The notes under the pieces are model-generated. The model saw nothing but the letters and a program-made list of their open reading frames with translations. It did no database searches and had not been told where the DNA came from. This document shows, in pieces, positions 8,213 through 16,458 of a DNA stretch of 39,059 nt; the first letter of the stretch is position 1, and each line of letters begins with the position of its first letter. Origin of the DNA: a virus (taxonomy: Duplodnaviria; Caudoviricetes); IMG/VR virus record IMGVR_UViG_3300048856_000093, positions 1 to 39,059 of that record, one strand, 5' to 3'. Both the position numbers and the translations under genes were made by a program.

Positions 8213-10143
8213 GCCGCCGCCCAGTCCATCATGCCGCGCTCTACCCTCACCTCGGACACCTCCGCGCCGCCATCGGCCCGGGTGTTGACGGTCATGTCCT
8301 GCGGCGCGTTCGCGAAGCGCACATCGACCGATACACGCCCACCCGCCCCCGGCTGTAGCAGGGAGAGCGGCGCGGGTGCCTCCGATCCGTCAGATGCGGC
8401 CGGCCGGGCGCGCAGGACGGGCACAGGGTTCACCGCAGACGGCGGGGGCACCACCTGCCTGTTCAGCGTGGGATCATTCCCCGCAGGACCCTGCCGGGCC
8501 TGTTCCAGCACCTGCGAGATCGTGCCCTGATCCACGCCAGGCCGACGCTGGTTCATGTAGAAGCCCTGGCCCGTGCGCGGATCCGGGATGCTGGCCCACT
8601 CCTGCGCCAGCCGGGCCTGGAACTCCGCGGCCGAGATGCCGCCCTGCTGGAACGCGCGCAGGCCTCGGCGCTCCGCCAGCGCTGTGGCTAGGCGGTCCTG
8701 CATCGCCTCGTCGTAGCGCTCGCTCCCGGTCAGCCCGAGTTCTCGCCGCAGCCCGCGCAGGGTCGTCTGCGTAATCTGGAAGCGGCCCACCGCCGAGGAA
8801 TTCAGCGTGTTCCCGGGGTGCCGGAGCATCCGGGCCTGCAGCTGGTCGATCTGGTCCAGCGTCATGCCCGTGAGGTTCTGCGGCCCGTTGGTAAAGGCAC
8901 CGTAGCCTAGCGTCTCGTTGTAGCCGCGACCGCGATCTGTGCCCTCCGCGCGCCCGATGAGACCCAGCAGGTCGCGCGGCGGCGGGCCGGGCTCGACATA
9001 GTCGTTGGCGCGGCGGCGCGCGGGGCCGGACGCCAAGCCCGTCAGGCGCTCTGGCGCCGACGCGCCCTGATCCGGCGGTAGAGAGCCGATGGGGCCGAAG
9101 GGGTTCCACCAGCGGCCGTTGCCGCCGCCCGCCCTGTCCAGGTCGAAGAACCAGCGGAACCACGGCAGCGTCGAGAGGCGCTGATACTCCGTGTAGAGTT
9201 CCCGGCCAGTCCTCACCATGTCGGCTAGGCTAACCACGATCTCTTCCACCGCAGCCCCGGCGCGCTCGCCCAGCCAAGCGCCATGCGCCCGGGTAAGCTC
9301 ATCCATGGCGTTCGACGCACGGAGAAGGGACGGTGCCATGCCGAGGCCGACCGACATTGTGAGCCGATCAGCGCTGACGAGCATGCTGTCCCAGTTCTGC
9401 GAAAGGCGCTTGGCCTGCTTCGCCTCTTCTTCGGAGAGGACGCCTCGGGCCCGTCCCTGGCGCAGCAACTCGGCCACGCCCTCCCGCCCGCGGCGCAGGA
9501 ACTTGTCCAGCGCTTCCACGCCCCAAATGCGGGCAAGCTCTTCCTGGGCATTCGGATCGTGGTTCAGCTTGGCATAGGCTTCGGCCAGATCGCCCAGCGC
9601 ATCCGCGCCGGAACGGGCCTTGCCATCTGCATCCCGGATGGCGAAGCCGAGGACCTCCATCTGCGAGGCCGCTACGGCCGCCGGGTTTCGTCCGAAGGCG
9701 GCGTCGGTCAGAACGGCGTCGAAGCGCTCCAGCCCGCCCTGAGCCTCATCAGCACTGAGGCCAGCCAGACGCGCTGCGTTGCGAAAGGCGCCCAGGTCCT
9801 CGACGGACATGCCGAGGCTTCGGGAGCCCTCCAGAAGACCCTTGCCTGCCGTGACGAAACTGGTGGCCATGGCGGCAGCGCTGGCCGCCAGGCCGCCGGC
9901 CGCCAGCGGGAATGCCGCCGAGGACAGGGTACTGGCGAGGGTCCGCGCCTGCCCCGTCGCAGCGCCGATCCATCCGCCGACGCGCGAGAGGTTGGACACC
10001 TCACCCAGCCGGTTGAAGGCGGCGTGCAGCTGCCGTGTTGGCTCCAGGGCCGTATCCAGGCTGTCGCGGACCCGCCCGATCGTCGCGGTCGCCTTGTCCG
10101 TTGCCGTGATGATGACGGCGAGGTTGCCGACGGTCTCAGCCAC
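8209..10143 (-). CDS. Tape measure protein with a C-terminal lambda-R-like lysozyme/lytic transglycosylase domain
   Basis: Follows the chaperone; ITATDKAT start and Ala-rich helical region; about 8580-8975 encodes IGRAEGT...GYN...SSAVGRFQI...QDRLA...EWASIP. Confidence 0.88.
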   Translation of the reverse strand: MAETVGNLAVIITATDKATATIGRVRDSLDTALEPTRQLHAAFNRLGEVSNLSRVGGWIGAATGQARTLASTLSSAAFPLAAGGLAASAAAMATSFVTAGKGLLEGSRSLGMSVEDLGAFRNAARLAGLSADEAQGGLERFDAVLTDAAFGRNPAAVAASQMEVLGFAIRDADGKARSGADALGDLAEAYAKLNHDPNAQEELARIWGVEALDKFLRRGREGVAELLRQGRARGVLSEEEAKQAKRLSQNWDSMLVSADRLTMSVGLGMAPSLLRASNAMDELTRAHGAWLGERAGAAVEEIVVSLADMVRTGRELYTEYQRLSTLPWFRWFFDLDRAGGGNGRWWNPFGPIGSLPPDQGASAPERLTGLASGPARRRANDYVEPGPPPRDLLGLIGRAEGTDRGRGYNETLGYGAFTNGPQNLTGMTLDQIDQLQARMLRHPGNTLNSSAVGRFQITQTTLRGLRRELGLTGSERYDEAMQDRLATALAERRGLRAFQQGGISAAEFQARLAQEWASIPDPRTGQGFYMNQRRPGVDQGTISQVLEQARQGPAGNDPTLNRQVVPPPSAVNPVPVLRARPAASDGSEAPAPLSLLQPGAGGRVSVDVRFANAPQDMTVNTRADGGAEVSEVRVERGMMDWAAA

Positions 10144-10300
10144 CCTTCCGCTCCCTCACGATACGGTTGTGCTGCGCTACCCACCACCGGAGGCGGGTCA
10201 CCGTGAGGTTGAACCCGCTTTCCGGACCCCAGCCGGGGAAGAACGCCGTCAACTCGGCGATCAGCTGTTCCCAGTTTCCCGGGCGGGCCTTGCGAAACCC
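10136..10300 (-). CDS. -1 frameshift extension of the tail assembly chaperone (P2 gpE'-like)
   Basis: Slippery G GGT TTC at 10300-10294 is in X XXY YYZ register. The -1 frame reads RKARPGNWEQLIAELTAFFPGWGPESGFNLTVTRLRWWVAQHNRIVRERKGG*, ending inside the tape measure start. Confidence 0.8.
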   Translation of the reverse strand, partial: GFRKARPGNWEQLIAELTAFFPGWGPESGFNLTVTRLRWWVAQHNRIVRERKGG

Positions 10301-10779
10301 TCGAAATAGGCATCGCAGCGGGCCATCGTGCTCATCGGCATGCGCATCGCCACCTCCAGCGGAATGCCGGAGGTGAAATGGACAAGCCGGGCCACGCCGA
10401 TCCGGCCAACGCCGGCCGCCTCCAGCTCCGCCAGGGTCGGCTCGCGCAGCTGCATGGCGGCGAAGATCGCCGCATCCCCCTCCTGCGGGGGCTCCGGCGG
10501 GGGCGATGGGGGCGGAGGGGCGGGATGGAGGAAGGCCAGGATGAAGTTGTGCACCTCCCGCACCTTCGACACCGGCACCTTCGCCGCAACGCCGGCCGGC
10601 AGCTTGCCGATGGTCGTCATCAGGTGGCGCGCCATGCCGAAGCCCTGCTTCGCCGCAGCCTCATCGTACTCGGTCGATGTCGGCTCCCGCAGTGTCACCT
10701 CCGTGTAGGAGGTGCCGTTGAACGAGATCGGCTCATCGAAGGTGATGGTCTTCACCTTCTCCACCAGGGTTTGGCTCAT
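10261..10779 (-). CDS. Tail assembly chaperone with two tandem LREPT domains
   Basis: Between the tube and tape measure genes; LREPT motif occurs twice, separated by a Pro-rich linker. Confidence 0.88.
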   Translation of the reverse strand: MSQTLVEKVKTITFDEPISFNGTSYTEVTLREPTSTEYDEAAAKQGFGMARHLMTTIGKLPAGVAAKVPVSKVREVHNFILAFLHPAPPPPSPPPEPPQEGDAAIFAAMQLREPTLAELEAAGVGRIGVARLVHFTSGIPLEVAMRMPMSTMARCDAYFEGFARPARETGNS

Positions 10780-11147
10780 TCGTCGCTCGTGACGTCATCG
10801 CCCTCGAACTGGACCGTGCAGGTCGCATCCGAAGAGTTCACAGCGAGGTCGCCGGCTTGCCACATGCCGACACCGGTGATGGTCTTGCCGTTCGCCAGCT
10901 GCAGTTCGACCGTGACATTGGTCATCTCGCCGAGATCGGCGATGGAGATGCCCTGCATGTCGCGCACCTGGGCCTTGATGTACCCGGCCTGCGGCTTCTC
11001 GCTATAGCCATCGACCCCGCTTTCGCTGGCCATGGTCTCGCGAACGGACCTGGCGAGCCGATAGCCCGGCTCTCCCACCACCGCGAAAGCAAGGCCATCA
11101 ACGGTGAGGTAGGTAGTGCCGGCAAGGCGGCGCGTGGTGTCGGACAT
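10776..11147 (-). CDS. Tail tube protein (Mu gpM-like)
   Basis: RLAGT.YLTVDG, GVDGYSE.P..GYI and QLANGK motifs. Confidence 0.93.
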   Translation of the reverse strand: MSDTTRRLAGTTYLTVDGLAFAVVGEPGYRLARSVRETMASESGVDGYSEKPQAGYIKAQVRDMQGISIADLGEMTNVTVELQLANGKTITGVGMWQAGDLAVNSSDATCTVQFEGDDVTSDE

Positions 11148-11159
11148 GATCCTTCCTCC

Positions 11160-12641
11160 TTACAGCGCGCCGGCGACGCCCACGGCGTCCCGGAGCTGCG
11201 CCTGGATCGCCACCTGCCGCAGCTGGTCGATCGGCACGATCGGCTCAATGCCGTTCACGCGGCACCTGTTCTGGCTGTCCCGCTCCACCACCAGCGCCGC
11301 GGCATAGGCGTCGCTGTTCTGCACCAGCCCGTCCGCCTCCATGCTGCGGTAATGCGCAATCAAGCCGCGCTTGATCATGCCGGGCGTCACGATGCGATTG
11401 CCCGGTCGGAACGCCGTTCCGTCGTCGGCCAGCTTCGCGCGCGGCCACGTGGCCTCCACATAGGCGCGCTGGCGCCGCAGGATCTCGGCGATGAGGTAGA
11501 GCCGCTCAACATCCAGCAGGCTGTCGTCCGGCTGCCCGAAGGCGTTCTTCTGATAGGTGGTGATGAGCCGCTCGATCCGGACCTGCCCGTCGTCGCCCAC
11601 CGTGAAGGTGGAGGTGCCCGAGAAGAGGAGAGCGTTCCGGTCGCCCAGGCCCCAGCGCTTCTCCAGCGGAGGCGCCTGCACGTTCAGCGCCACCGTCTGC
11701 AGAGGCAAGCCAGGGTCGGCGCGCAGGCTGACCGCCGCCGCGGCCGTGATATCAGCGGCCCAGATCCAGCCCGGCTCCGGCGCGCTGTCCACGCCCATGA
11801 TCGAGACATGCGGGTCGTTACGCGAGGTGCCAAGGGTCGTCACCGTGCCCAGCGTGCCACGCACGCAGGCGAAGGCGCCGCCGTAAAGCATCTTCGACCA
11901 GGCCCAGCGGGTGGCGAGGTGCGCCTTCAAGGCATCCAGGCTCGCCGTGTCGGTGTAGGGCATGGCGATGAAGTGGAAGTCGTTGTCGCCCAGCACGGCC
12001 AGAGCGTTCGTCAGGGCCGCCACCGGGTTCCCGGAGCCGCCCGTTGGCTGGACCACCGTCCAGGCCAGACCGGCCGGAACCGCGTCGTCGGTCCCGGTAA
12101 CGGTGATCTCGTTCCCGCCCAGCCCCTTGTTCTTGGCCGTGAGGGTCACGGCGGAGCCCGAGACGGAGGCGGTGACCGGCAGGTCGGGCAGCGCGTCGAG
12201 CGCCGCCTTGAACGCCGTGGCCGCCTGCGCGGTGGTCATGGTGGCCGAGACCGCCACTGCCACCCGCTGCCCGGCAACCTTCTGCACGAAGGTTCCCGCC
12301 GCGGTGGGCGCGGCTGTGAAAGTGACGGTGCCCGTCGCCGCGGCGGCCGCGCCGTCGTCGGCCAGGGGCAGGACATAGACCGGCCCGAAGTCATCGCGGT
12401 TTCGGTACTGCGCCCCCATCAGGGCCAGCATCGAGCCCTGCCCGGCCGCCCCCTTCAGCCAGTCCTTCCCCTGCATCAGCGACGGTACACCCGTGGCGAT
12501 CACGGCGCCCGCGAGGATCTGCCCGATGATGAGCGTCTTCCTCAGCGCGGACCCTCGGTTGGCGCGGCTCGCGTCCAGCTCCGCGAAGAACAGCGGCGTG
12601 CGGAGCTGACCACCGGCCGGGATTTCGTTGAACGATACCAT
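11160..12641 (-). CDS. Tail sheath protein (Mu gpL-like)
   Basis: SFNEIP..LRTPLFFAE.D.S.AN, GSMLALM, DPG.PLQT and TTYQKNAFG motifs. Confidence 0.96.
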   Translation of the reverse strand: MVSFNEIPAGGQLRTPLFFAELDASRANRGSALRKTLIIGQILAGAVIATGVPSLMQGKDWLKGAAGQGSMLALMGAQYRNRDDFGPVYVLPLADDGAAAAATGTVTFTAAPTAAGTFVQKVAGQRVAVAVSATMTTAQAATAFKAALDALPDLPVTASVSGSAVTLTAKNKGLGGNEITVTGTDDAVPAGLAWTVVQPTGGSGNPVAALTNALAVLGDNDFHFIAMPYTDTASLDALKAHLATRWAWSKMLYGGAFACVRGTLGTVTTLGTSRNDPHVSIMGVDSAPEPGWIWAADITAAAAVSLRADPGLPLQTVALNVQAPPLEKRWGLGDRNALLFSGTSTFTVGDDGQVRIERLITTYQKNAFGQPDDSLLDVERLYLIAEILRRQRAYVEATWPRAKLADDGTAFRPGNRIVTPGMIKRGLIAHYRSMEADGLVQNSDAYAAALVVERDSQNRCRVNGIEPIVPIDQLRQVAIQAQLRDAVGVAGAL

Positions 12642-12647
12642 CTCGCC

Positions 12648-12911
12648 TCACTCCTGCGCCGCCGGGGGCGTCGTCTTCGCGGCCGAGGTCTTCCTGGCCT
12701 GCCTTTCCGCCTCCACGCGATCGGCATCCGCTTTCTCGGCAGCCTCCGCGGCGCGGGTGACGGCAGCGGGCGGCTTGCCCTCCTTCACGTCCCCGTCCGC
12801 GATGCGACGGATCCAGTATTCGGAGGGCGTAACCTCCCGCCCCTCAGGGGGCAGATGATCGCGCAGGACTGGGTCCGGGACCGTCAGGCCCTCGGCGGGG
12901 ATCACGTACAT
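12648..12911 (-). CDS. DUF2635 family protein (Mu gp38-like)
   Basis: V.P.EG..VPDP....LP.EGREV....YW.RRI.DGDV. Confidence 0.9.
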   Translation of the reverse strand: MYVIPAEGLTVPDPVLRDHLPPEGREVTPSEYWIRRIADGDVKEGKPPAAVTRAAEAAEKADADRVEAERQARKTSAAKTTPPAAQE

Positions 12912-12922
12912 CGCGGGGTTCC

Positions 12923-13468
12923 CTACGGGGTGGGGTTCAGGGCGGGGTACTGGGGGCGGTAATCAGCGCCCTCGCATTCGGACGTGTCGGGCTCGGGCAT
13001 GGTGAAGATCTCGTCCCAGACGAGTTGGAACTGCATGGTCGCTTCCACCTCGACGGCGCCCTCTTTCTGCGCCGCCTCAATCTGCGTATCGACGGCGGCG
13101 CAGCGACGAAGGATGCCGCCCTGAGGCGCGAAAAGCTCCGGGGCGCGCAGGATCACGCGCTCGACCTGACCGGCCAGCGCCTCGCAGCGCGCTTCGACCT
13201 GCTCAGGCACCGTGCCCTCCACGAGGACGCGCACGACCATGTTGGCCGCAACATCGAACTGGTGCTGCCAGCCGCCCTGGTTCACGAGCTGCTTCTTCTC
13301 GGCATAGCCATAGACCAGCAGGGCCGGCTTGGCGTTGCCGCCCACCGGCCAGACCCGGGCACGATAGATGCGCTCCCCGACATCAGGGATGCGCTCCTTC
13401 AGGATGCGCGCGACGACATTCCGGACGTCGGCCCGCCAACCGGGGCCGATAGGCTGAGCCGCGCTCAT
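12923..13468 (-). CDS. Putative tail completion/terminator protein
   Basis: Position between the head-tail joining gene and the sheath; ATGA overlap; R.Y.AR.WP....P...VY pattern. Confidence 0.7.
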   Translation of the reverse strand: MSAAQPIGPGWRADVRNVVARILKERIPDVGERIYRARVWPVGGNAKPALLVYGYAEKKQLVNQGGWQHQFDVAANMVVRVLVEGTVPEQVEARCEALAGQVERVILRAPELFAPQGGILRRCAAVDTQIEAAQKEGAVEVEATMQFQLVWDEIFTMPEPDTSECEGADYRPQYPALNPTP

Positions 13469-13797
13469 TCGGGTGCGTCCGCCAGGGGAAAGTCATACCA
13501 CCCAGCCGGATCGGCAAGGATGTCGGTGATGACCTTCCGCTCCCCGTCGACCGTCACCAGGGCCCCTTGCTCTGGCTCGACATCAGCGGGGAAGTCCGCG
13601 GCGCGCAGGCGCAGGATGGTGCGCATCTGCGCGATGCCCCCGGTATTCTCCGCATCTCCTTCGAGCACGACGGCCTGCCGGTTCACCGTTCCGACCAGAT
13701 GGCCGAGGACGACCAGCCCGTCCGGCGAGACGTAGGTGACGGGCTTGCCAAACACCCGCATCACCGGACGGCGCAGCAGCCGGTCAAAATCGACCAC
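13465..13797 (-). CDS. Head-tail joining protein (gpFII-like), 110 aa
   Basis: GTG start after GAGG RBS, just downstream of the capsid stop; VFG.PVTY...P.QG..VT.DG....I.D...D..GW pattern. Confidence 0.78.
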   Translation of the reverse strand: MVDFDRLLRRPVMRVFGKPVTYVSPDGLVVLGHLVGTVNRQAVVLEGDAENTGGIAQMRTILRLRAADFPADVEPEQGALVTVDGERKVITDILADPAGWYDFPLADAPE

Positions 13798-13804
13798 TGC
13801 CGCC

Positions 13805-14818
13805 TCAGAACTTCTTCGCCCGTAGGAGCAGCTCGGGCATCCGGCAGTAGTGGAGCGGGTAGCTGTAGATCTCCGGCTGGAACCAGAAGCCACGCTCCAG
13901 GTCCCGCACGATGATGGAGTAAACATCCTCGCCCGGGGTGTTGACGAAGTCCTCCGCCTCGAACGGAGAGTAGGCCACGCCGAACACGTCGGGCGCGTTG
14001 GTCGGGAAGAAGCGGGCCTGGTCGGTGTTGATCGCCACCGTGGAGCCATCGTCGGTCCCGCGGTAGTTCACCCAGGTCACGCCTCCGAAGTCCAGGGTCT
14101 CGTAGGCCACGCCCTCGCGGAGACGGGCGCCCTCCTGGTTCAGGTAAGTCTCTCGAACCTGCTTGTGGCCGACCAGAGCGTCCCAGAAATTGTCGCCGCA
14201 CAGAGCCATGATGCGGGACTGGATGGTCACCGCGCCCTTCCCCTGCGTCCGCATGGTGCGCACGATGCCGGTGACGATGCCGCGTATATCCGCGTCGGGC
14301 TCATCCAGCCGCATGTCGATCAGGGCGGGCTCGCTGATCCCGAAGAGGGTGTAGAAATTGGCCAGGACCGTGGTCCCGTCCGCATCGAGCAGCTTGCCCG
14401 TGATGGCGCCCATGCGGTGAAACTCCCGGGTCAGCTCCAGGTCCTGCAGCTGGTTGCCTTGGATACGTGTGATCTCGTCCTGCACGGTGACGAGCTGGTT
14501 CACGTCGTCCAGGCTGCGCAGGTTCTGCAGCTCGTGCGCCTGCTTGCGCTGGCGCTTCGCAAGGCGCGGGGTCTGCAGATAGACCTCGGTGGCCGCCTCA
14601 TCGTTGCCGATCACTGGGTCCCCGCCGCGCAGCGTGGTGGGGATCAGCGTCACCTTGCCGTTGATGCGGCGCAGCGCGACGCGCGTGTCCCGGATGCGGT
14701 CAACACTGAAGAGGTTCAGGCTCCCCAGGAAGCCGGGCACGTAGGGCATCAGCCGCATCGCCTTCGTGAGGGCGATCGGGCTGAAGACCGGATTGGAGAG
14801 GATGTCGAGGGCAGCCAT
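13805..14818 (-). CDS. Major capsid protein, lambda gpE family
   Basis: FS.IALT.A....YVPGFLGSLNLF and T.EFHRMGAI.GKLLDADG motifs; position after the decoration gene. Confidence 0.95.
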   Translation of the reverse strand: MAALDILSNPVFSPIALTKAMRLMPYVPGFLGSLNLFSVDRIRDTRVALRRINGKVTLIPTTLRGGDPVIGNDEAATEVYLQTPRLAKRQRKQAHELQNLRSLDDVNQLVTVQDEITRIQGNQLQDLELTREFHRMGAITGKLLDADGTTVLANFYTLFGISEPALIDMRLDEPDADIRGIVTGIVRTMRTQGKGAVTIQSRIMALCGDNFWDALVGHKQVRETYLNQEGARLREGVAYETLDFGGVTWVNYRGTDDGSTVAINTDQARFFPTNAPDVFGVAYSPFEAEDFVNTPGEDVYSIIVRDLERGFWFQPEIYSYPLHYCRMPELLLRAKKF

Positions 14819-14832
14819 GTGTCAGGCCTCCT

Positions 14833-15198
14833 TCAGCGCACGACGATGCCGAGCGCCAGCAGAGCGGCGATGGCAGAGGTCTTCTGGTTGGCGGTGATGC
14901 CGGCCGGCCAGGTCAGAACCTGTCCATCGGCCTCGAAATCGCGAGCGAGGACGACCACCCGCTTGTCTTCGGCGGTGGCGTCCGTGTCCTCGAACAGGAT
15001 GCCCATGGCATTCTGGCTGCCATCGGAGGCGCCAGGGGCGAGCTGGGTCAGCTTCCCACCGGTCGTGATCCGACCCAGCACGGTGCCGGCCACGAGGTTC
15101 TGGCCCGTGATCAGCGTCTCGTGCTGGCGGGACCGCCAGAAATTCGCCTCGCCGGCGATGAAGTGGCCGGGCCCACGGCCGAACGGAACGGTCACCAT
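14833..15198 (-). CDS. Head decoration protein (gpD-like)
   Basis: L.AGTVLGRIT..GK.....P.ASDGSQ.A.GIL. Confidence 0.92.
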   Translation of the reverse strand: MVTVPFGRGPGHFIAGEANFWRSRQHETLITGQNLVAGTVLGRITTGGKLTQLAPGASDGSQNAMGILFEDTDATAEDKRVVVLARDFEADGQVLTWPAGITANQKTSAIAALLALGIVVR

Positions 15199-15201
15199 GG
15201 C

Positions 15202-15558
15202 TCAGGCCCCCTTCTGCTGGCCGTAGACGCGGGCGATGGAGTTCGCCCAGCTCTTGTTCACCTCGGCTGCGGTGGCCGGCTGGTCGCCGCCGCCGGGGCC
15301 GCCCACACCGTGCGCCGTGACGATGGGCTGCTGCTCGGCAGCCTTCGCGGCCAGCAGGGCCTCGGCGACCTCGCCACGGCTGCGGCCGGCGGCGATGTGC
15401 GCGGCAGCGTCCTGCGGCCGGCCGTGCGCCTGGCACAGCTGGATGATGCCGGCAGCGTGCTCGCGGGCGGCCTGGGCGGCCTCCTCACGGGCGGCAGCGA
15501 CGGCACGCTCGTTCGCAGCGGCGGCTTCGCGCGCCGCTGCCATCTCTTCCTCAGTCAT
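15202..15558 (-). CDS. Nested in-frame scaffolding protein (Nu3-like), 118 aa
   Basis: Internal RBS AAGGGAG before the in-frame ATG at 15558 (MTEEEMAAAREAAA, Ala/Glu helical); same arrangement as lambda C/Nu3. Confidence 0.65.
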   Translation of the reverse strand: MTEEEMAAAREAAAANERAVAAAREEAAQAAREHAAGIIQLCQAHGRPQDAAAHIAAGRSRGEVAEALLAAKAAEQQPIVTAHGVGGPGGGDQPATAAEVNKSWANSIARVYGQQKGA

Positions 15559-16455
15559 GCGGCTCCCTTTCGGAGAGGTGGTGCGCGCGGCGGAAGCGCC
15601 GCGGGGCGGTAGTCTCTGGGTGGCGAGCCCTTCGGCGGCGGCAATCGCGTCCGCGAGGGTCCCGATCCGGTCGGCAAGGCCGGCCGCGATGGCGTCATCG
15701 GCGTTGAGGCAGCGCGCCTCAGTGGCCCGAACAGCCTCCGGCGATAGCCGCCGGTTCTCGGCCACGCCGTTTACGAAGAGGCCGTAGAGGTAGGCGACGG
15801 ACGCCTCCAGCAGGGTCCGAGCGCCATCGGTCAGCGGCTGGTGCGGGTTGCCGTCGATCTTGTGCGCGCCCTGATAGATGTATTCCCAGGCCAGGCCGTC
15901 CTGCTTGTCGGCCCCGCTTTCATCGACATGCACGGCCACCACGCCGATGGAGCCGACCTCGCCGGATTGCGGCACGAAGATCAGGTCGGCGGCGGAGGCG
16001 ATCGCGTATCCGGCCGAGTAGGCATAGGCGTTCGCGCAGGCGATGATCGGCTTCTGGCCACGCAGGGCCGCCAGCCTCTGCGCTGCATCGAAGCACCCGA
16101 GCGCCTCGCCTCCCGGCGTCTCCATGTCCCAGACCACGCCGCGCACGGCGCTGTCCGCAACGGCCCGCTCCGTGTCGGAGACGATGGCGTCGTAGCCGCG
16201 CATGGGCGAGCTGGTCGCATCGAGGGAGCCGGTACGGTTCGCCAGTAGCCCGATCACCGGCACCACCGCGATCCCGCCCGGCGTGACCATGTAGGGGCGC
16301 CTCTCGGGGCGCGGCCGGTCGTAGTCGTCGTCGAAGGCTTGCGGCCGGAGCCCCAGTCGCGGCCCGAGGCCGGCCATGACCGCGCGCAGCTTTCGCTCAT
16401 GCACCATCAGCGGCGTGCCTAGGAGGCGCGCCGCCACATTCGGCAGGTGGGGCAT
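15202..16455 (-). CDS. S49 family head maturation protease (gpC-like) with C-terminal scaffold region
   Basis: ETPGG, AYSAGY.IAS.A, VGSIGVV, G.HK.DGNP and A...GLAD motifs. Confidence 0.94.
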   Translation of the reverse strand: MPHLPNVAARLLGTPLMVHERKLRAVMAGLGPRLGLRPQAFDDDYDRPRPERRPYMVTPGGIAVVPVIGLLANRTGSLDATSSPMRGYDAIVSDTERAVADSAVRGVVWDMETPGGEALGCFDAAQRLAALRGQKPIIACANAYAYSAGYAIASAADLIFVPQSGEVGSIGVVAVHVDESGADKQDGLAWEYIYQGAHKIDGNPHQPLTDGARTLLEASVAYLYGLFVNGVAENRRLSPEAVRATEARCLNADDAIAAGLADRIGTLADAIAAAEGLATQRLPPRGASAARTTSPKGSRMTEEEMAAAREAAAANERAVAAAREEAAQAAREHAAGIIQLCQAHGRPQDAAAHIAAGRSRGEVAEALLAAKAAEQQPIVTAHGVGGPGGGDQPATAAEVNKSWANSIARVYGQQKGA

Positions 16456-16458
16456 CGG

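Noticed and set aside
10274-10280. GGGAAAC as the chaperone slippery site
   Set aside because: It is out of X XXY YYZ register in the chaperone frame (CGG GAA ACT), whereas G GGT TTC is in register.
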